64,000 nucleotides of DNA from Thermoanaerobaculia bacterium (GCA_044226625.1 JBGAGQ010000004.1:96001-160000); one strand, 5' to 3'. Shown: positions 48,086 through 58,491, counted from the stretch's first letter. Made by a program: numbers and translations. The notes: generated from the letters alone by a model not told the origin.

Positions 48086-48775
48086 ATGATCAACCTCGCG
48101 GGCACGTCGTTCGATTTCGGCAACGTCCTGTTCGCCGTACTCCAGGAGTGCGAGCACCAGCGCCGCGCGCTCCTTCCCGCGGAGGCCGAAGGGAGGCTCC
48201 AGGAGATCGCGGCCCGCAAGCTCGCCGAGATCCGCGCGAGCTATGAAGAGGCAGGAGGGTTGCCGAGCTATTGGCAGATGCTCGAAAAGGAAGTGATGGT
48301 CGCAACCCTCCCCCAGTACATCAAGCACGCGATCGAGCAGACCCGTCTCGAGCAATCGAACTTCGACCTCTGGCGCCACGGCGACCCGGCCTCCCGGATG
48401 ATTTACGCGCTCGGCGGCCTGGTGATCGGCGGTCTGATCTGGTGGGCGCCGTTCATCCCGATCTACGAGAAATGGCTCGCGCCGGCGCTGGCGGGCATCG
48501 GATTCATCTATCCCGAGTTGCGCCGCTGGGTTTTCGAGCTACGCCACATCCGGATGCTGAATCGGCTGGTCGGCCACGCCGAGAAGTATCAAAAAGACCG
48601 TCGCCTGCACGCCTACTCGACGCAGAAGGAGCTCGACGAGGCGCTGGGCGCACTGGGTGGGCGAACCTCGTCCGCGGCGCCGAGCGCCGAGCCGGTGATT
48701 CCCATCCGTCCCTTCGATTCCCAGCCGTCAAACGGCGCCACGGCTTCGCGACCACCGGGGGAGAGGTCGCGATGA
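48086..48775 (+). CDS. Hypothetical membrane protein (2 TM, helical N-terminal domain)
   Basis: Two hydrophobic segments; 8-nt gap upstream and ATGA overlap downstream. Confidence 0.7.
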   Translation: MINLAGTSFDFGNVLFAVLQECEHQRRALLPAEAEGRLQEIAARKLAEIRASYEEAGGLPSYWQMLEKEVMVATLPQYIKHAIEQTRLEQSNFDLWRHGDPASRMIYALGGLVIGGLIWWAPFIPIYEKWLAPALAGIGFIYPELRRWVFELRHIRMLNRLVGHAEKYQKDRRLHAYSTQKELDEALGALGGRTSSAAPSAEPVIPIRPFDSQPSNGATASRPPGERSR

Positions 48776-49488
48776 GCGACGGCTGCATCGTCTGCGGCGA
48801 GCATGCCGGAGAGCATGCCGGCGATCTGGTACCGGCGGAGCTGGTTCGACCGGCGCTCGCCCGCTTGATCGCGACCGATCACCCCTCCTGGAGCCCCCAG
48901 AGCAGCGTTTGCGTCCAAGACCTCGCGCGCTATCAGGCGCGGCAGGCCGAGAGCCTGCTCGAGTCGGAGATCGGCGAGCTGACCGATCTCGAGCGCGAAG
49001 TCGTCTCGATGATCGAAAGCCAGAGCCTGCTTTCGGCCAGCCTTCGCGCCGACCGCGAGCCGGAGCTCTCGCTCGGGGATCGGGTCGCGGACCGGGTCGC
49101 GAAGTTCGGCGGCAGCTGGAAGTTCATCTTGAGCTTCGGCGCCCTTTTGGCCGTCTGGATCGCGATCAATTCGATCGTCCTGCTCGCCCGGCCGTTCGAT
49201 CCTTATCCGTTCATCCTGCTCAACCTGATCCTCTCCTGCATTGCGGCGCTCCAAGCTCCGGTGATCATGATGAGCCAGAACCGGCAAGAGGCCAAAGACC
49301 GGGCTCGCGCCGAAAACGACTATCAGGTCAACCTCAAGGCCGAGCTCGAGATCCGCCTGATCGCGAGCCGGATCGACCATCTGCTCCACCACCAGTGGAA
49401 GAAGCTGCTCGAGGTCCAGCAGATCCAGATCGACTTGATCGAGCAACTCGCGCGGACCCGGAAGCCGGACGAGGTGAAGACGCCGTGA
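48772..49488 (+). CDS. DUF1003 family membrane protein
   Basis: 'ADRVAKFGGSW', 'FDPYPFILLNLILSCIAALQAPVIMMSQNRQ', 'VNLKAELEI'; N-terminal CxxC. Confidence 0.9.
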   Translation: MSDGCIVCGEHAGEHAGDLVPAELVRPALARLIATDHPSWSPQSSVCVQDLARYQARQAESLLESEIGELTDLEREVVSMIESQSLLSASLRADREPELSLGDRVADRVAKFGGSWKFILSFGALLAVWIAINSIVLLARPFDPYPFILLNLILSCIAALQAPVIMMSQNRQEAKDRARAENDYQVNLKAELEIRLIASRIDHLLHHQWKKLLEVQQIQIDLIEQLARTRKPDEVKTP

Positions 49489-50633
49489 GCACCCCGGCCG
49501 ACCGGGATGCCGAGGCTGTCGCGCGGTATCTCCGCAACCTGCAGGCCGAGACCGACGGTGCCTTCCTCTATCGAGCCCTCGCCGAAGCCGAGGACGAGGC
49601 GGCGATCGCGGAGGTCTATCGCGGCATGGCCGACGCGGAAGAGCGCCATGCCGCGCTCTGGCGCGAAAAGCTCGAACGGTCGGGCTGGAAGGGCCCGTCG
49701 CCGCGGCCGAGCGGTCGCTCGCGCGTCCTCGCCTGGCTCGCCCGCAGGTTCGGACCGCGAATGATTCTCTCGACCGTGGTCGGTATGGAACGGGCGGACA
49801 TGGGCGGGTACCGCTCGCAAGCGGAAGCCGAAAGCGCCGGCCTCCCGGCCGAGGAGAAGCGGCACGGCCGGCTACTCGGCGAGATCCTTCGCGGCACGGC
49901 AGGAAGCGGTCTCGAAGGGGCGCAGGTCGCCCGTTACGAGCGGGGCCACCGGGCGGTCGGCGGCAACGCGCTGCGAGCCGCCGTCCTGGGCGCGAACGAC
50001 GGCCTGGTTTCGAACCTGAGCTTGGTGATGGGCGTCGCGGGGGCGAACCTTTCGAACCAAGCGATCCTGATCACGGGCCTCGCGGGGCTGCTCGCCGGAG
50101 CGATTTCGATGGCGCTCGGCGAATGGCTTTCGGTCCAGAGCTCCCGCGAGCTGTTCCTGCGCCAGATCGCGGTCGAGCGCGACGAACTCGCGGCCGATCC
50201 GGCCGGCGAGGCGGAAGAGCTCGCGCGGATCTATCGCCGCAAAGGGCTCGAGCCCGCCCAGGCGCGAGCGGTCGCCGACCGTTTGATGGCCGACCCGGAG
50301 TCGGCGCTCGATACCCTGGCGCGGGAAGAGCTCGGAGTCGACCCGGGAGAGCTCGGCGGCTCGGCCTGGGAAGCCGCGTTCACCTCGTTCGCGCTGTTCG
50401 CGGTGGGGGCGGTCGTACCCGTCGCGCCGTTCCTCGTCTCTTCCGGGCTCACGGCGGTCGGCGCGAGCCTGGCGGTCTCGGCGATCGGCCTGTTCGGGAT
50501 CGGCGCGGCGATCACTCTGTTGACCGGCCGGACCGTCCTCTTCTCCGGCAGTCGCCAGATGCTGTTCGGGCTCACCGCGGCGGCCGTGACCTTCGGCATC
50601 GGAAAGCTCATGGGGGTGGCGGTTTCAGGCTGA
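49485..50633 (+). CDS. VIT1/CCC1 iron/manganese transporter with N-terminal ferritin/rubrerythrin-like domain
   Basis: ExxH motifs (EERH, EKRH); 'LRAAVLGANDGLVSN', 'SMALGEWLSV'. Confidence 0.9.
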   Translation: MSTPADRDAEAVARYLRNLQAETDGAFLYRALAEAEDEAAIAEVYRGMADAEERHAALWREKLERSGWKGPSPRPSGRSRVLAWLARRFGPRMILSTVVGMERADMGGYRSQAEAESAGLPAEEKRHGRLLGEILRGTAGSGLEGAQVARYERGHRAVGGNALRAAVLGANDGLVSNLSLVMGVAGANLSNQAILITGLAGLLAGAISMALGEWLSVQSSRELFLRQIAVERDELAADPAGEAEELARIYRRKGLEPAQARAVADRLMADPESALDTLAREELGVDPGELGGSAWEAAFTSFALFAVGAVVPVAPFLVSSGLTAVGASLAVSAIGLFGIGAAITLLTGRTVLFSGSRQMLFGLTAAAVTFGIGKLMGVAVSG

Positions 50634-50871
50634 GCGGCACTCATTTCACGCTCGACGCCCCACCTCGACGGCGACGTCTTCCAGGACCAAGCCCCGAAGT
50701 TGCAATTTTTCTGTAACGAAGGCCCGTACCGGAGCGCCCCTCTCCTTCGAGCCGCCTTCGACGCGCGATGAAGGATCCGCTGAAATCTCCTTCCGCGGCC
50801 GTCTAGTTGGGCGTGCGAGCCGCCGCCTTCGCGCGAGCCTTGCCGGCCCGCGCTTCGAGAGGAGAACCGCC

Positions 50872-51918
50872 ATGGCCTGCTGTCCGAATCCGCTCCACTG
50901 CATCCTGCCGCCGTACGTCCTCGACCACATGGCCCAGTCGGACGATCCGAAAGTGCGCAAGCTCGCCGTCGAAGCGATCGCCCGGTCGGCCACCCTGCGC
51001 GCCACACGCGTCGCCCTCGCCGACTTTCCGACCGTCGCCTCGCTCGCGGTTCCGGACACGAGGAAGAACCGCGTCGTCTACGACAACAAGAACAACGGCT
51101 CCTCGTTCCTGCCCGGCAAAATCGTCCGCCGCGAGGGCGATCCGAAGTCGAAGGATCCGGCGGTGAACGAAGCCTACGACCACGCCGGCACCACCTGGGA
51201 TTTCTACAAGAAGGTCTTCGATCGCAACTCGCTCGACGACCAGGGGATGACCCTCGTCTCGAGCGTCCACATGGGGAGCCGCTACAACAACGCGTTCTGG
51301 AACGGCCGCCAGATGGCCTACGGCGACGGCGACGGCCAGATCTTCATCCGGTTCACCAAGTCGCTGGACGTGGTGGGACACGAGCTGACCCATGGCGTCG
51401 TCACGTTCACGGCCGATCTCGAGTACCTGAACGAATCGGGTGCGCTCAACGAGCATTTCGCCGACGTCTTCGGCTCGCTGGTCAAGCAGTGGAAGAAGAA
51501 GCAGAAAGCCGACAAGGCCGATTGGCTGATCGGTCCCGACATCATGGGTCCGGCCACGACGGCTCGCGCGCTCCGGACCTTCAAGGACGAGAAGGCCTTC
51601 GTAAACGACTCATGGCTCGGCACCGACCCGCAGCCGAAGCACCTGGCCGACAAGTACAAGGGCACCTCCGACTCGGGCGGCGTCCACATCAACTCCGGCA
51701 TTCCGAACCACGCCTTTTATCTCGTCGCGCGCGCTCTCGGCGGCTACGCCTGGGAGCGGGCGGGCAAGATCTGGTTCGGGACGCTCAAGGCGCTCAGTCC
51801 CACCAGCCAGTTCGCCGACATGGTCGCGATGAGCGTCCAGACCGCGGGCGGGCTCTACGGCGCGGGCAGCACGGAAGAAAAGGCGGTCGCCAAGGCCTGG
51901 AAAGATGTAGGCTTCTAA
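50872..51918 (+). CDS. Protealysin-like M4 metallopeptidase
   Basis: Short propeptide 'CILPPYVL'; NNAFWNG; HELTH; GALNEH; GGVHINSGIPN. Confidence 0.93.
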   Translation: MACCPNPLHCILPPYVLDHMAQSDDPKVRKLAVEAIARSATLRATRVALADFPTVASLAVPDTRKNRVVYDNKNNGSSFLPGKIVRREGDPKSKDPAVNEAYDHAGTTWDFYKKVFDRNSLDDQGMTLVSSVHMGSRYNNAFWNGRQMAYGDGDGQIFIRFTKSLDVVGHELTHGVVTFTADLEYLNESGALNEHFADVFGSLVKQWKKKQKADKADWLIGPDIMGPATTARALRTFKDEKAFVNDSWLGTDPQPKHLADKYKGTSDSGGVHINSGIPNHAFYLVARALGGYAWERAGKIWFGTLKALSPTSQFADMVAMSVQTAGGLYGAGSTEEKAVAKAWKDVGF

Positions 51919-51963
51919 GCCGACGCCCCACTGGATTCCGGGGCGAGCGGAGGACGCCCCCCG

Positions 51964-52296
51964 ATGACGATTCGCAAGATTCGGTTTCGCCAATCGGGGG
52001 GCTTCGCGGGCCTGATCCGCGGCTGCGACCTCGAGCTTTCGTCCCTCGACCCTCGCGAACGGACGAAGCTCGAAAAAGCGGTGGAGAAAAGCGGGCTCAT
52101 CGACGAGCCCTCCGAGGCCGGCGCCAAAACCGGCCGTTCCGCCGCCGCGCGCGATACGGCGCAGCTCGAGATCGAGATCGAGACCTCGTCCGGCGTAATC
52201 CGCCGCGCGCTGGACGAGCTCGATCTACCCCAGCGAGCCGAGCCGCTCGTCTCGCTGCTCCAGGAGCGTTCCCGTCCCCTTCCTCTCGACCCATAG
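51964..52296 (+). CDS. Emfourin-like protealysin inhibitor
   Basis: 'SGGFAGL' and 'ARD' motifs; directly downstream of the M4 protease. Confidence 0.8.
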   Translation: MTIRKIRFRQSGGFAGLIRGCDLELSSLDPRERTKLEKAVEKSGLIDEPSEAGAKTGRSAAARDTAQLEIEIETSSGVIRRALDELDLPQRAEPLVSLLQERSRPLPLDP

Positions 52297-52305
52297 ATTG
52301 CACCG

Positions 52306-52740
52306 ATGAGCGAGCAGCCCACCGTCCGACCGGCGCGCCTCGACGACGCGCCTTCGATCGCCGCCCTCTCCGACCAGCTGGGCTACCCGACCTCTCCCGA
52401 TCGGATGCGCGAACGGCTGGCCGTGCTGCTCCCTCGCACGGACCAGCAGCTGTTCGCCGCCGAGCGCGAGGGGCAAATCGTCGGCTGGCTCCACGTGGCC
52501 AAGATCGAGATGGTGGAAAGCGACCCGTTCGCCGAGATCTACGGCCTGGTCGTTCGCGACACCGAGCGCGGACGAGGCATCGGCCCCCTCCTGATCCGTG
52601 CCGCGGAAGGTTGGGCAGCCACGCAGGGCTTGCCCAAGGTGCGAGTACGCTGCAACGTAGTCCGCGAACGGACCCATCGCTTCTACGAGCGCGAAGGCTT
52701 CGTCGTGACCAAGTCGCAGAAGATCTTCGACAAGGGCTAA
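52306..52740 (+). CDS. GNAT family N-acetyltransferase
   Basis: 'LVV...RGRGIG..L', 'HRFYEREGF'. Confidence 0.9.
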   Translation: MSEQPTVRPARLDDAPSIAALSDQLGYPTSPDRMRERLAVLLPRTDQQLFAAEREGQIVGWLHVAKIEMVESDPFAEIYGLVVRDTERGRGIGPLLIRAAEGWAATQGLPKVRVRCNVVRERTHRFYEREGFVVTKSQKIFDKG

Positions 52741-52762
52741 GGGACGAAAACGCCCCCGAAGA

Positions 52763-53620
52763 CTAGAGCGGCAGAAGCCGGTACGCCGGTGCCAGGAGTA
52801 CCTTGCCGCGCCGCGCGACGATCAGCGTGTTGCCCCACCCACGGCGCCAGAGCGGGATGGCGCGCAACGCCTTCCTCAGCCAACCGCGCGGCCCGGAAGG
52901 ATCGGGCCGGTGCGGAAGCGATCGGTGCTCCAGAATCTCCATTCCCGCGGCCTTGAGGAAACGGACCATCTGATACGACTGCGCCACGTGGACCGCGTCG
53001 GCGTCCGGCACATAGCCCTCCGAGAGAACCCGCGGCTCGGCGACCGTGTCGAAACGATGACGTCCGTCGACCGCCGAAATCGCCTGGCGCCCTAGCCTCC
53101 GCAAGGCCACTTCCAACCGTCGCTTGGGGTCCAGGCTCGGGGGCATCTCATACGGCAGGTCCCAGGCCGAGCCGACCAGGAGGAGCAGACCTCCCGGCCG
53201 GACGATCCGCGCCGCCTCGAGCAGGGTCCGCCCCGGTTCGGCGAAATGCTCGAGCGCGTAGGTCGAGAGCACCGCGTCGACGCTCTCCGAGGCGAGCGGC
53301 AGGATCTCCCCGTCGCCGCGCAGCCGGAGCGCCACCGGTCGTTTCTTCTCGCCCGCCATGACGAGCGCGGCCGTCGAGACGTCGAAGCCGACCATCCGTA
53401 CGCCTTCGGGCATCCAGAGCGAGTTCTCGCACGAGCCGCAACCGAGGTCGAGAACCACCTGCCCCGGGGCGAGGTACGAGAGAAGCATCCGCCGCTCGAG
53501 CGAGGCCTCGGCGTTCGCCGCCTCGGCCTGCTCGTAGTAGTCGCGGCTCCCGTTCCAGAACTGGTCGAGGCGTCGCTTCGCTTCGGTTGGCGGCGCGGAG
53601 GTCGGTTTGGCGGCGGGCAT
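52763..53620 (-). CDS. Class I SAM-dependent methyltransferase
   Basis: 'VLDLGCGS', 'GDGEILP', 'RIVRPGG'. Confidence 0.88.
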   Translation of the reverse strand: MPAAKPTSAPPTEAKRRLDQFWNGSRDYYEQAEAANAEASLERRMLLSYLAPGQVVLDLGCGSCENSLWMPEGVRMVGFDVSTAALVMAGEKKRPVALRLRGDGEILPLASESVDAVLSTYALEHFAEPGRTLLEAARIVRPGGLLLLVGSAWDLPYEMPPSLDPKRRLEVALRRLGRQAISAVDGRHRFDTVAEPRVLSEGYVPDADAVHVAQSYQMVRFLKAAGMEILEHRSLPHRPDPSGPRGWLRKALRAIPLWRRGWGNTLIVARRGKVLLAPAYRLLPL

Positions 53621-53670
53621 CGGATCCGAATCCTACCAGGGGGCTGCTACCATCGGCCCGGAGGTTGGCC

Positions 53671-55392
53671 ATGGTTCTCGACTTCGATCGTCTCCTTCGC
53701 CGCAGGTGCTTTCCCGTCGCTCCGGCGGCTCTGGTGGCCGTCCTCTTCGCGCTAACGGCCTGCGTCTCGGGAACGTCCCCCGACGCGGCGAAGACCGCAC
53801 CCAACGGATCCAATACCGCGCCCCCGGCTCGGGCACGAACGGCGGTGCTACTCGCGATCAACGACGTCTATCGGATCGAGGGGGTCGAAGGCGGTCGCCA
53901 GGGAGACCTCGCCCGCGTCCGCGCGCTTCGCCGAGAGCTCGAACGGGAACATCCCGATCTCCTGTTCCTCCATGCGGGCGACCTCCTCTATCCCTCGTTC
54001 GCCAGCCGCATGTACGACGGCGAGCAGATGATCTCGGTGCTCAACCGGCTCGACGGCTCGGACGAGAGCGACCCGCGGATGTTCGTCACCTTCGGCAACC
54101 ACGAGTTCGAGAAGCGGAAGAAGAAGGATGCCGGCATCCTCGCCAGCCGCATCGCCCAATCTCGCTTCACCTGGTTGGGAAGCAACGTGAACCTCGCGCC
54201 CGGCGACGACGGTCGGCCGTTCGCTCCCGTCGGCGCGGTCGAGCGGTCAGTGCTGGTGACCAGCGGAGGAATCCGGATCGGCCTTTTCGGTATCACGATC
54301 CCGACTCCCGAGATCCAATACGCCACGTTCGACCGGCCGAACGAGACCGCCCGGAAGCTCACCGCCGAGCTTCGGCGCGCGGGTGCCGAGGTGGTCGTCG
54401 CGGTCACCCACCTGACCGCGCTCGAAGACCGGGAGATGCTCGAAACCCTCGGCCCCGACGGGCCCGATCTGATCGTCGGCGGACACGACCACGAGAAGAT
54501 GGCGTTCGAGGCCGACGGCCGATGGGTGATCAAGGCCGACGCCGATGCGCGCACCGCCTCGGTGATCACGCTCCGCCTCGACGATCGCCATCGGCTCGAC
54601 GTCTCCTACGAACATCGGCCGCTCGGCGCCGGCCTACCGCGCTCGCCGGAGCCCGACCCGGAGGTCCAGACGTTGGTCGACGGCTGGCAGCGGCGCCACG
54701 AGCGGGAGTTCTGCGCCAAGAAGAACGCTCCGGAGGACTGCCTCGAAGAGGTCTACGGCCGGACGCTCACCGAGCTCGAAGGGGAAGAGAACAAGAGCCG
54801 AGGCCGCGAAACCTCGCTCGGCGATTGGATCGCCGACCGGATGCTCGAGACGTTCGCTCCCTGCGGCGCTCAAGTCGCCTTCCTGAACGCGGGCACCCTC
54901 CGCCTCAATCAAGACCTCGCCGCCGGCAGCACTCTCACCCGCCGACAGGTGGAAGAGCTGATCGGCTTTCCGACCCCCCTCCACCTGATCCGGCTCGACG
55001 GCAGACTGCTGCAGCAGACCGCGGAGCAGTCGGTCTACGGCTGGCCGGGAAGCGGCACCTGGCTCCAGATCGCAGGATGGGCGTTCGTCCATGATGCCGA
55101 AAAGAAAGCGGCGACTGGGCTGGGCCGGCTTACGCCAGACGGCGCGGTCCCGGTTCGATCGGACGACGCGATCCTCGCCGTCACCGGCGATTACCTCGTG
55201 AACCCGGGCATCGGCGATCAGGACGGCTACACCTTTCTCCCCACCGAGGAAGTTCCAGGCTGCCCGGCGAGCGGCAAGGACCTCAAGGACGTGATCATCG
55301 AGGCGCTCCGCGCCACCCCGCAGGGCATCGCGCCCCGCGTCGAAGGAAGGATCTGCCAGGGGGCCGAAGGCCCCTGCCTGGCGAAGCGCTAA
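53671..55392 (+). CDS. Bifunctional metallophosphatase/5'-nucleotidase lipoprotein
   Basis: Lipobox LTAC; 'INDVY', 'AGD', 'FGNHEF', 'GGHDH', 'NAGTLR'. Confidence 0.88.
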   Translation: MVLDFDRLLRRRCFPVAPAALVAVLFALTACVSGTSPDAAKTAPNGSNTAPPARARTAVLLAINDVYRIEGVEGGRQGDLARVRALRRELEREHPDLLFLHAGDLLYPSFASRMYDGEQMISVLNRLDGSDESDPRMFVTFGNHEFEKRKKKDAGILASRIAQSRFTWLGSNVNLAPGDDGRPFAPVGAVERSVLVTSGGIRIGLFGITIPTPEIQYATFDRPNETARKLTAELRRAGAEVVVAVTHLTALEDREMLETLGPDGPDLIVGGHDHEKMAFEADGRWVIKADADARTASVITLRLDDRHRLDVSYEHRPLGAGLPRSPEPDPEVQTLVDGWQRRHEREFCAKKNAPEDCLEEVYGRTLTELEGEENKSRGRETSLGDWIADRMLETFAPCGAQVAFLNAGTLRLNQDLAAGSTLTRRQVEELIGFPTPLHLIRLDGRLLQQTAEQSVYGWPGSGTWLQIAGWAFVHDAEKKAATGLGRLTPDGAVPVRSDDAILAVTGDYLVNPGIGDQDGYTFLPTEEVPGCPASGKDLKDVIIEALRATPQGIAPRVEGRICQGAEGPCLAKR

Positions 55393-55422
55393 CGCCTGAA
55401 CGCGTGAAGAGGGCGGGAAAGG

Positions 55423-56322
55423 CTACCGCCCGCCACCCCGGTACACCTCGGCCCATCCTTTCGCGCTTCGCTCGAAGATCGAGAAGCGGACCGCGGTGGT
55501 CGAGAAGCGGCGGACGATCAGCTCGTAGGAGCCGTCGCGGTCGAGGTCGGCCGAGGCGAAGAACTCGGAGTCGAAGAAGCCTTCGCCGCTCGAACCAAGC
55601 AGCTTGGTGTCCTTCATGAGCTCCGTCACTTTCGGCGTGTCGGCGATCGGCAGGGTGTCGAGCTTGCGGAAGGAGACCAAGAGCCGCTGCCCCTGGTGGA
55701 ATTCGAGGTCCTCGGGCGCGAGACGGAACGATCCGAGCCCGGCACCCGACGGGGACGGCTCCCAGGAAGCGATTTTCGCGCTCCCCACCTGCCGCCCCTC
55801 GTTGTAGAGGTAGACCGTCCGGCCCGGTCGCAGGATCCAGTTGCCGAGGAACGAGTAGATCGGATCGCCGGACTGGTCGACCAAGTGGTTGCCGCTCATC
55901 ACGGTCGCAACGTAATCGGCCGGGCTCTCCGGGTCGCGCGCGAGATGGAGTGCCCAGATCACGTCGTAGCGGCGGACGATCTTCGCCATCCGCTTCTCGA
56001 CCTCCGCCTCGGAAAGGAACTCGACGTCCGCCTCGGTGAACCCGGAGTGAGCGGCCCGGTGCATGCCGTCGACCAGATAGAGCCATGGGGCGCGCACGGC
56101 GACCATCTCCCCTTCGCCGGCCTGGAAGTTCCGGCCGCTCTCACCCTCCACGTCGAAGGGAAGAGCGCGCGTGAGCCGGGCGAGCCGCACCGGCGGTGTT
56201 TCGATCGCCGCGGGGGGCGTCGCGGGGATCGCCGGGGTGGGTGGCTCCGCCACGGCCGGCCATGAGGAGCCGAACGCCAGGCACCAGGGAACGAAGAGCG
56301 AGAAGAATGAAGCGCGTCGCAT
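55423..56322 (-). CDS. Secreted hypothetical protein
   Basis: Signal peptide, Pro-rich linker, C-terminal 'ADLDRDGSYELIV' Ca-binding-like motif. Confidence 0.65.
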   Translation of the reverse strand: MRRASFFSLFVPWCLAFGSSWPAVAEPPTPAIPATPPAAIETPPVRLARLTRALPFDVEGESGRNFQAGEGEMVAVRAPWLYLVDGMHRAAHSGFTEADVEFLSEAEVEKRMAKIVRRYDVIWALHLARDPESPADYVATVMSGNHLVDQSGDPIYSFLGNWILRPGRTVYLYNEGRQVGSAKIASWEPSPSGAGLGSFRLAPEDLEFHQGQRLLVSFRKLDTLPIADTPKVTELMKDTKLLGSSGEGFFDSEFFASADLDRDGSYELIVRRFSTTAVRFSIFERSAKGWAEVYRGGGR

Positions 56323-56389
56323 CGGCCGGCGGATCCTCGAGCAAGTTTCGAGGACAAACTACCATCGAAGCCGTTTCGGCGGAGCGCCC

Positions 56390-58249
56390 TCATCTCGACG
56401 CGCGGCTCTCGATGTATCGGGCGAGGTCGGCATCCCCCTCGGGCTCGGGGAAAATCCGGTTGCACCGTCGGCGCTGCTGCCACGCGCCATCGATGTCGCC
56501 CCGATGCGCGATCACGATCGCCAGATTGCGGCAGGCGATCAGGGCGTGCGGATCCTTTTCCAGAGCGTTCCGAAGCAGCCCCTCGGCGCGAGGTCCATCC
56601 CCTTCGTCCATCGCCTCTCGCGCCTTGGACATCAGTTGGTAAAGGCTCTGACTCCTTCGGACCGGAAGCGCCGGAACGACCGGCGAATCCGCACGGACGA
56701 GCATGGCGCCGACGAAATCCTCGGCGACCTTGCGCCAACGTCCCGTGGCGAGCAGCGCATCGACCTGTCCGACCCAGGGCAGCTGGGGGGTCTCCGTCGT
56801 GGGCCAGAGGAAGAACCGCGCTCCCGAGCGTTCGACCACCTGGATCCAGTCGCCGCGCCCGTATTGGACCCGCCGGTACGCTTCGTACGTCGGCCCGTCG
56901 AAGACGGTATCCGCCCGGCTGTCGATCGCGACCGGCAGGCGGCCGTCGGTCCGCCAATGGAGGTAACCACCCCATCCGAAATAGGCGTAGACCGGGCCGC
57001 TCCAGCCCGCCCGCTCGGCACGGTCCATCACATCCACCGGAAAGGACTCCTCCCCCACCAGCAGGGCGAATGTACCCGGGCCGAAGGGATAGCGGGCGAG
57101 GCAGGCCGCCAGGATCACACACAAGCCAACCGGAACGCCCAAAAGGAGAAATCCGGGCCGCGGAGCAGTCACCTTGCGGCGCGGCGAGGCCTGCGGGTCG
57201 GCGCGAAAGACCTCCGCCAGGAGCAGGGCCGCGCCGATGCCGAACAGGGGAAGGAAGCGGGAGGCCCGGAGAGCCATGCCGCAGGTGAGAAGCGACAGCC
57301 CAAGAGCCGCCCAGAGCGGCCGGAGGACCGGCAAGGGCACCCGACCCCGGAGGCGCCAAAGCGCGGCGACGAGGATCGCGCAATATCCGGTGAGAACGAG
57401 GGGAAAAGCCGGAACTCCGATCCCGTCGGGCGAGAAGGGTGACAACCATTCCTGGAGCGAGTGGAAAGGCGAGGAGGAGGCCGCGAAGCGCCAAGGGAGA
57501 AGAAATTGGTAGATCGGCTCCGGATGGATCAAGGTCGCGAGGAACGCCGGCAGGAGGTAGGACCCGAGCTCCAGCGCGGCCGCGAGGGCGCGAGTGCGTC
57601 GTAGAGGTTTGGGCTCCCGCGCGACCGCTACGAGGGCCTCGGCTCCGAGGAGCACGGCGAGCGCGGCGAGCCCGAACGGCGCGCTCCGGTGAAGGTTCGC
57701 CCAGAGGACGAACAACACCCCCAAGGCAATCCGGCCCCGGGAAGTCGAACGCGATTCCGACCGCCACCAGGTCAATAGGAGGACGAACGCCAGAAGGCTC
57801 AAAAGGTGGGGGCGCAGCTCGACAAACGGCTGGACCATAGCCAGCGCCGCGATGGAACCGAGCGCGGCGACGGCAAATCGACCGCTTTCGCGCCAGAGGA
57901 GACGGAAGAGCAGCACGTAGGTCGCCGCGAGGGTCAGCTGCAGCCAGATCCAGAGATTCTCGGTCCCCAGGGAATGGGACCAAGCGTAGAGCAGCAGATC
58001 GGCCAGCCATTCGTGGTTGTGCCAGATCCGCGTGAGCGGCGGGAACGAGAAGGGATCGAGGCTCGCCATCTCGCCGGAGATCCAGATCCTTCGCCCCGCG
58101 GCGAGGTGCCACCAGAGGTCGGCGTTGCGCATGGGGTGGGAGGAGACGAGCAGCGCGGCGAGGAGGGCCGCGACGTGCCATGCCAGGGTCGTGAAGCTAC
58201 GGAGGAGCGTGTCCTCGCCGGGTTTCCGGCCGAGGGGACGGGTCGACAT
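56390..58249 (-). CDS. Polytopic membrane protein, GT-C glycosyltransferase-like, with C-terminal TPR
   Basis: 'DLWWHLAAGR', 'HEWL', 'RPHL', 'WANLH', 'WGGYL', 'IDSR'. Confidence 0.7.
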   Translation of the reverse strand: MSTRPLGRKPGEDTLLRSFTTLAWHVAALLAALLVSSHPMRNADLWWHLAAGRRIWISGEMASLDPFSFPPLTRIWHNHEWLADLLLYAWSHSLGTENLWIWLQLTLAATYVLLFRLLWRESGRFAVAALGSIAALAMVQPFVELRPHLLSLLAFVLLLTWWRSESRSTSRGRIALGVLFVLWANLHRSAPFGLAALAVLLGAEALVAVAREPKPLRRTRALAAALELGSYLLPAFLATLIHPEPIYQFLLPWRFAASSSPFHSLQEWLSPFSPDGIGVPAFPLVLTGYCAILVAALWRLRGRVPLPVLRPLWAALGLSLLTCGMALRASRFLPLFGIGAALLLAEVFRADPQASPRRKVTAPRPGFLLLGVPVGLCVILAACLARYPFGPGTFALLVGEESFPVDVMDRAERAGWSGPVYAYFGWGGYLHWRTDGRLPVAIDSRADTVFDGPTYEAYRRVQYGRGDWIQVVERSGARFFLWPTTETPQLPWVGQVDALLATGRWRKVAEDFVGAMLVRADSPVVPALPVRRSQSLYQLMSKAREAMDEGDGPRAEGLLRNALEKDPHALIACRNLAIVIAHRGDIDGAWQQRRRCNRIFPEPEGDADLARYIESRASR

Positions 58250-58491
58250 CGCCAAGAGAGAATCCCTCCTCTCGCCCACCTCGATGAAGGTCGAGGATCG
58301 GCCTTGGAGCGAAACCGTTCGTCCCGCGGACGGCGCGGGAGGTCGGATCGAATCGGCTTCAAAGCGATTGGCGTAGAGCAGAAGAACTTCGAATCACCGA
58401 AACGGCGCGGGGAGCGCCGTGCCTTCCACGGTCGAACGCTCCGCGGCGCGCCTACCTCACGCAGCCGAAGGGAACCCTGTGGACGGCGCCC

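Noticed and set aside
48797-48822. 12-bp tandem duplication (GEHAGEHAG) in the DUF1003 gene
   Set aside because: Two copies only, in frame; likely trivial slippage.
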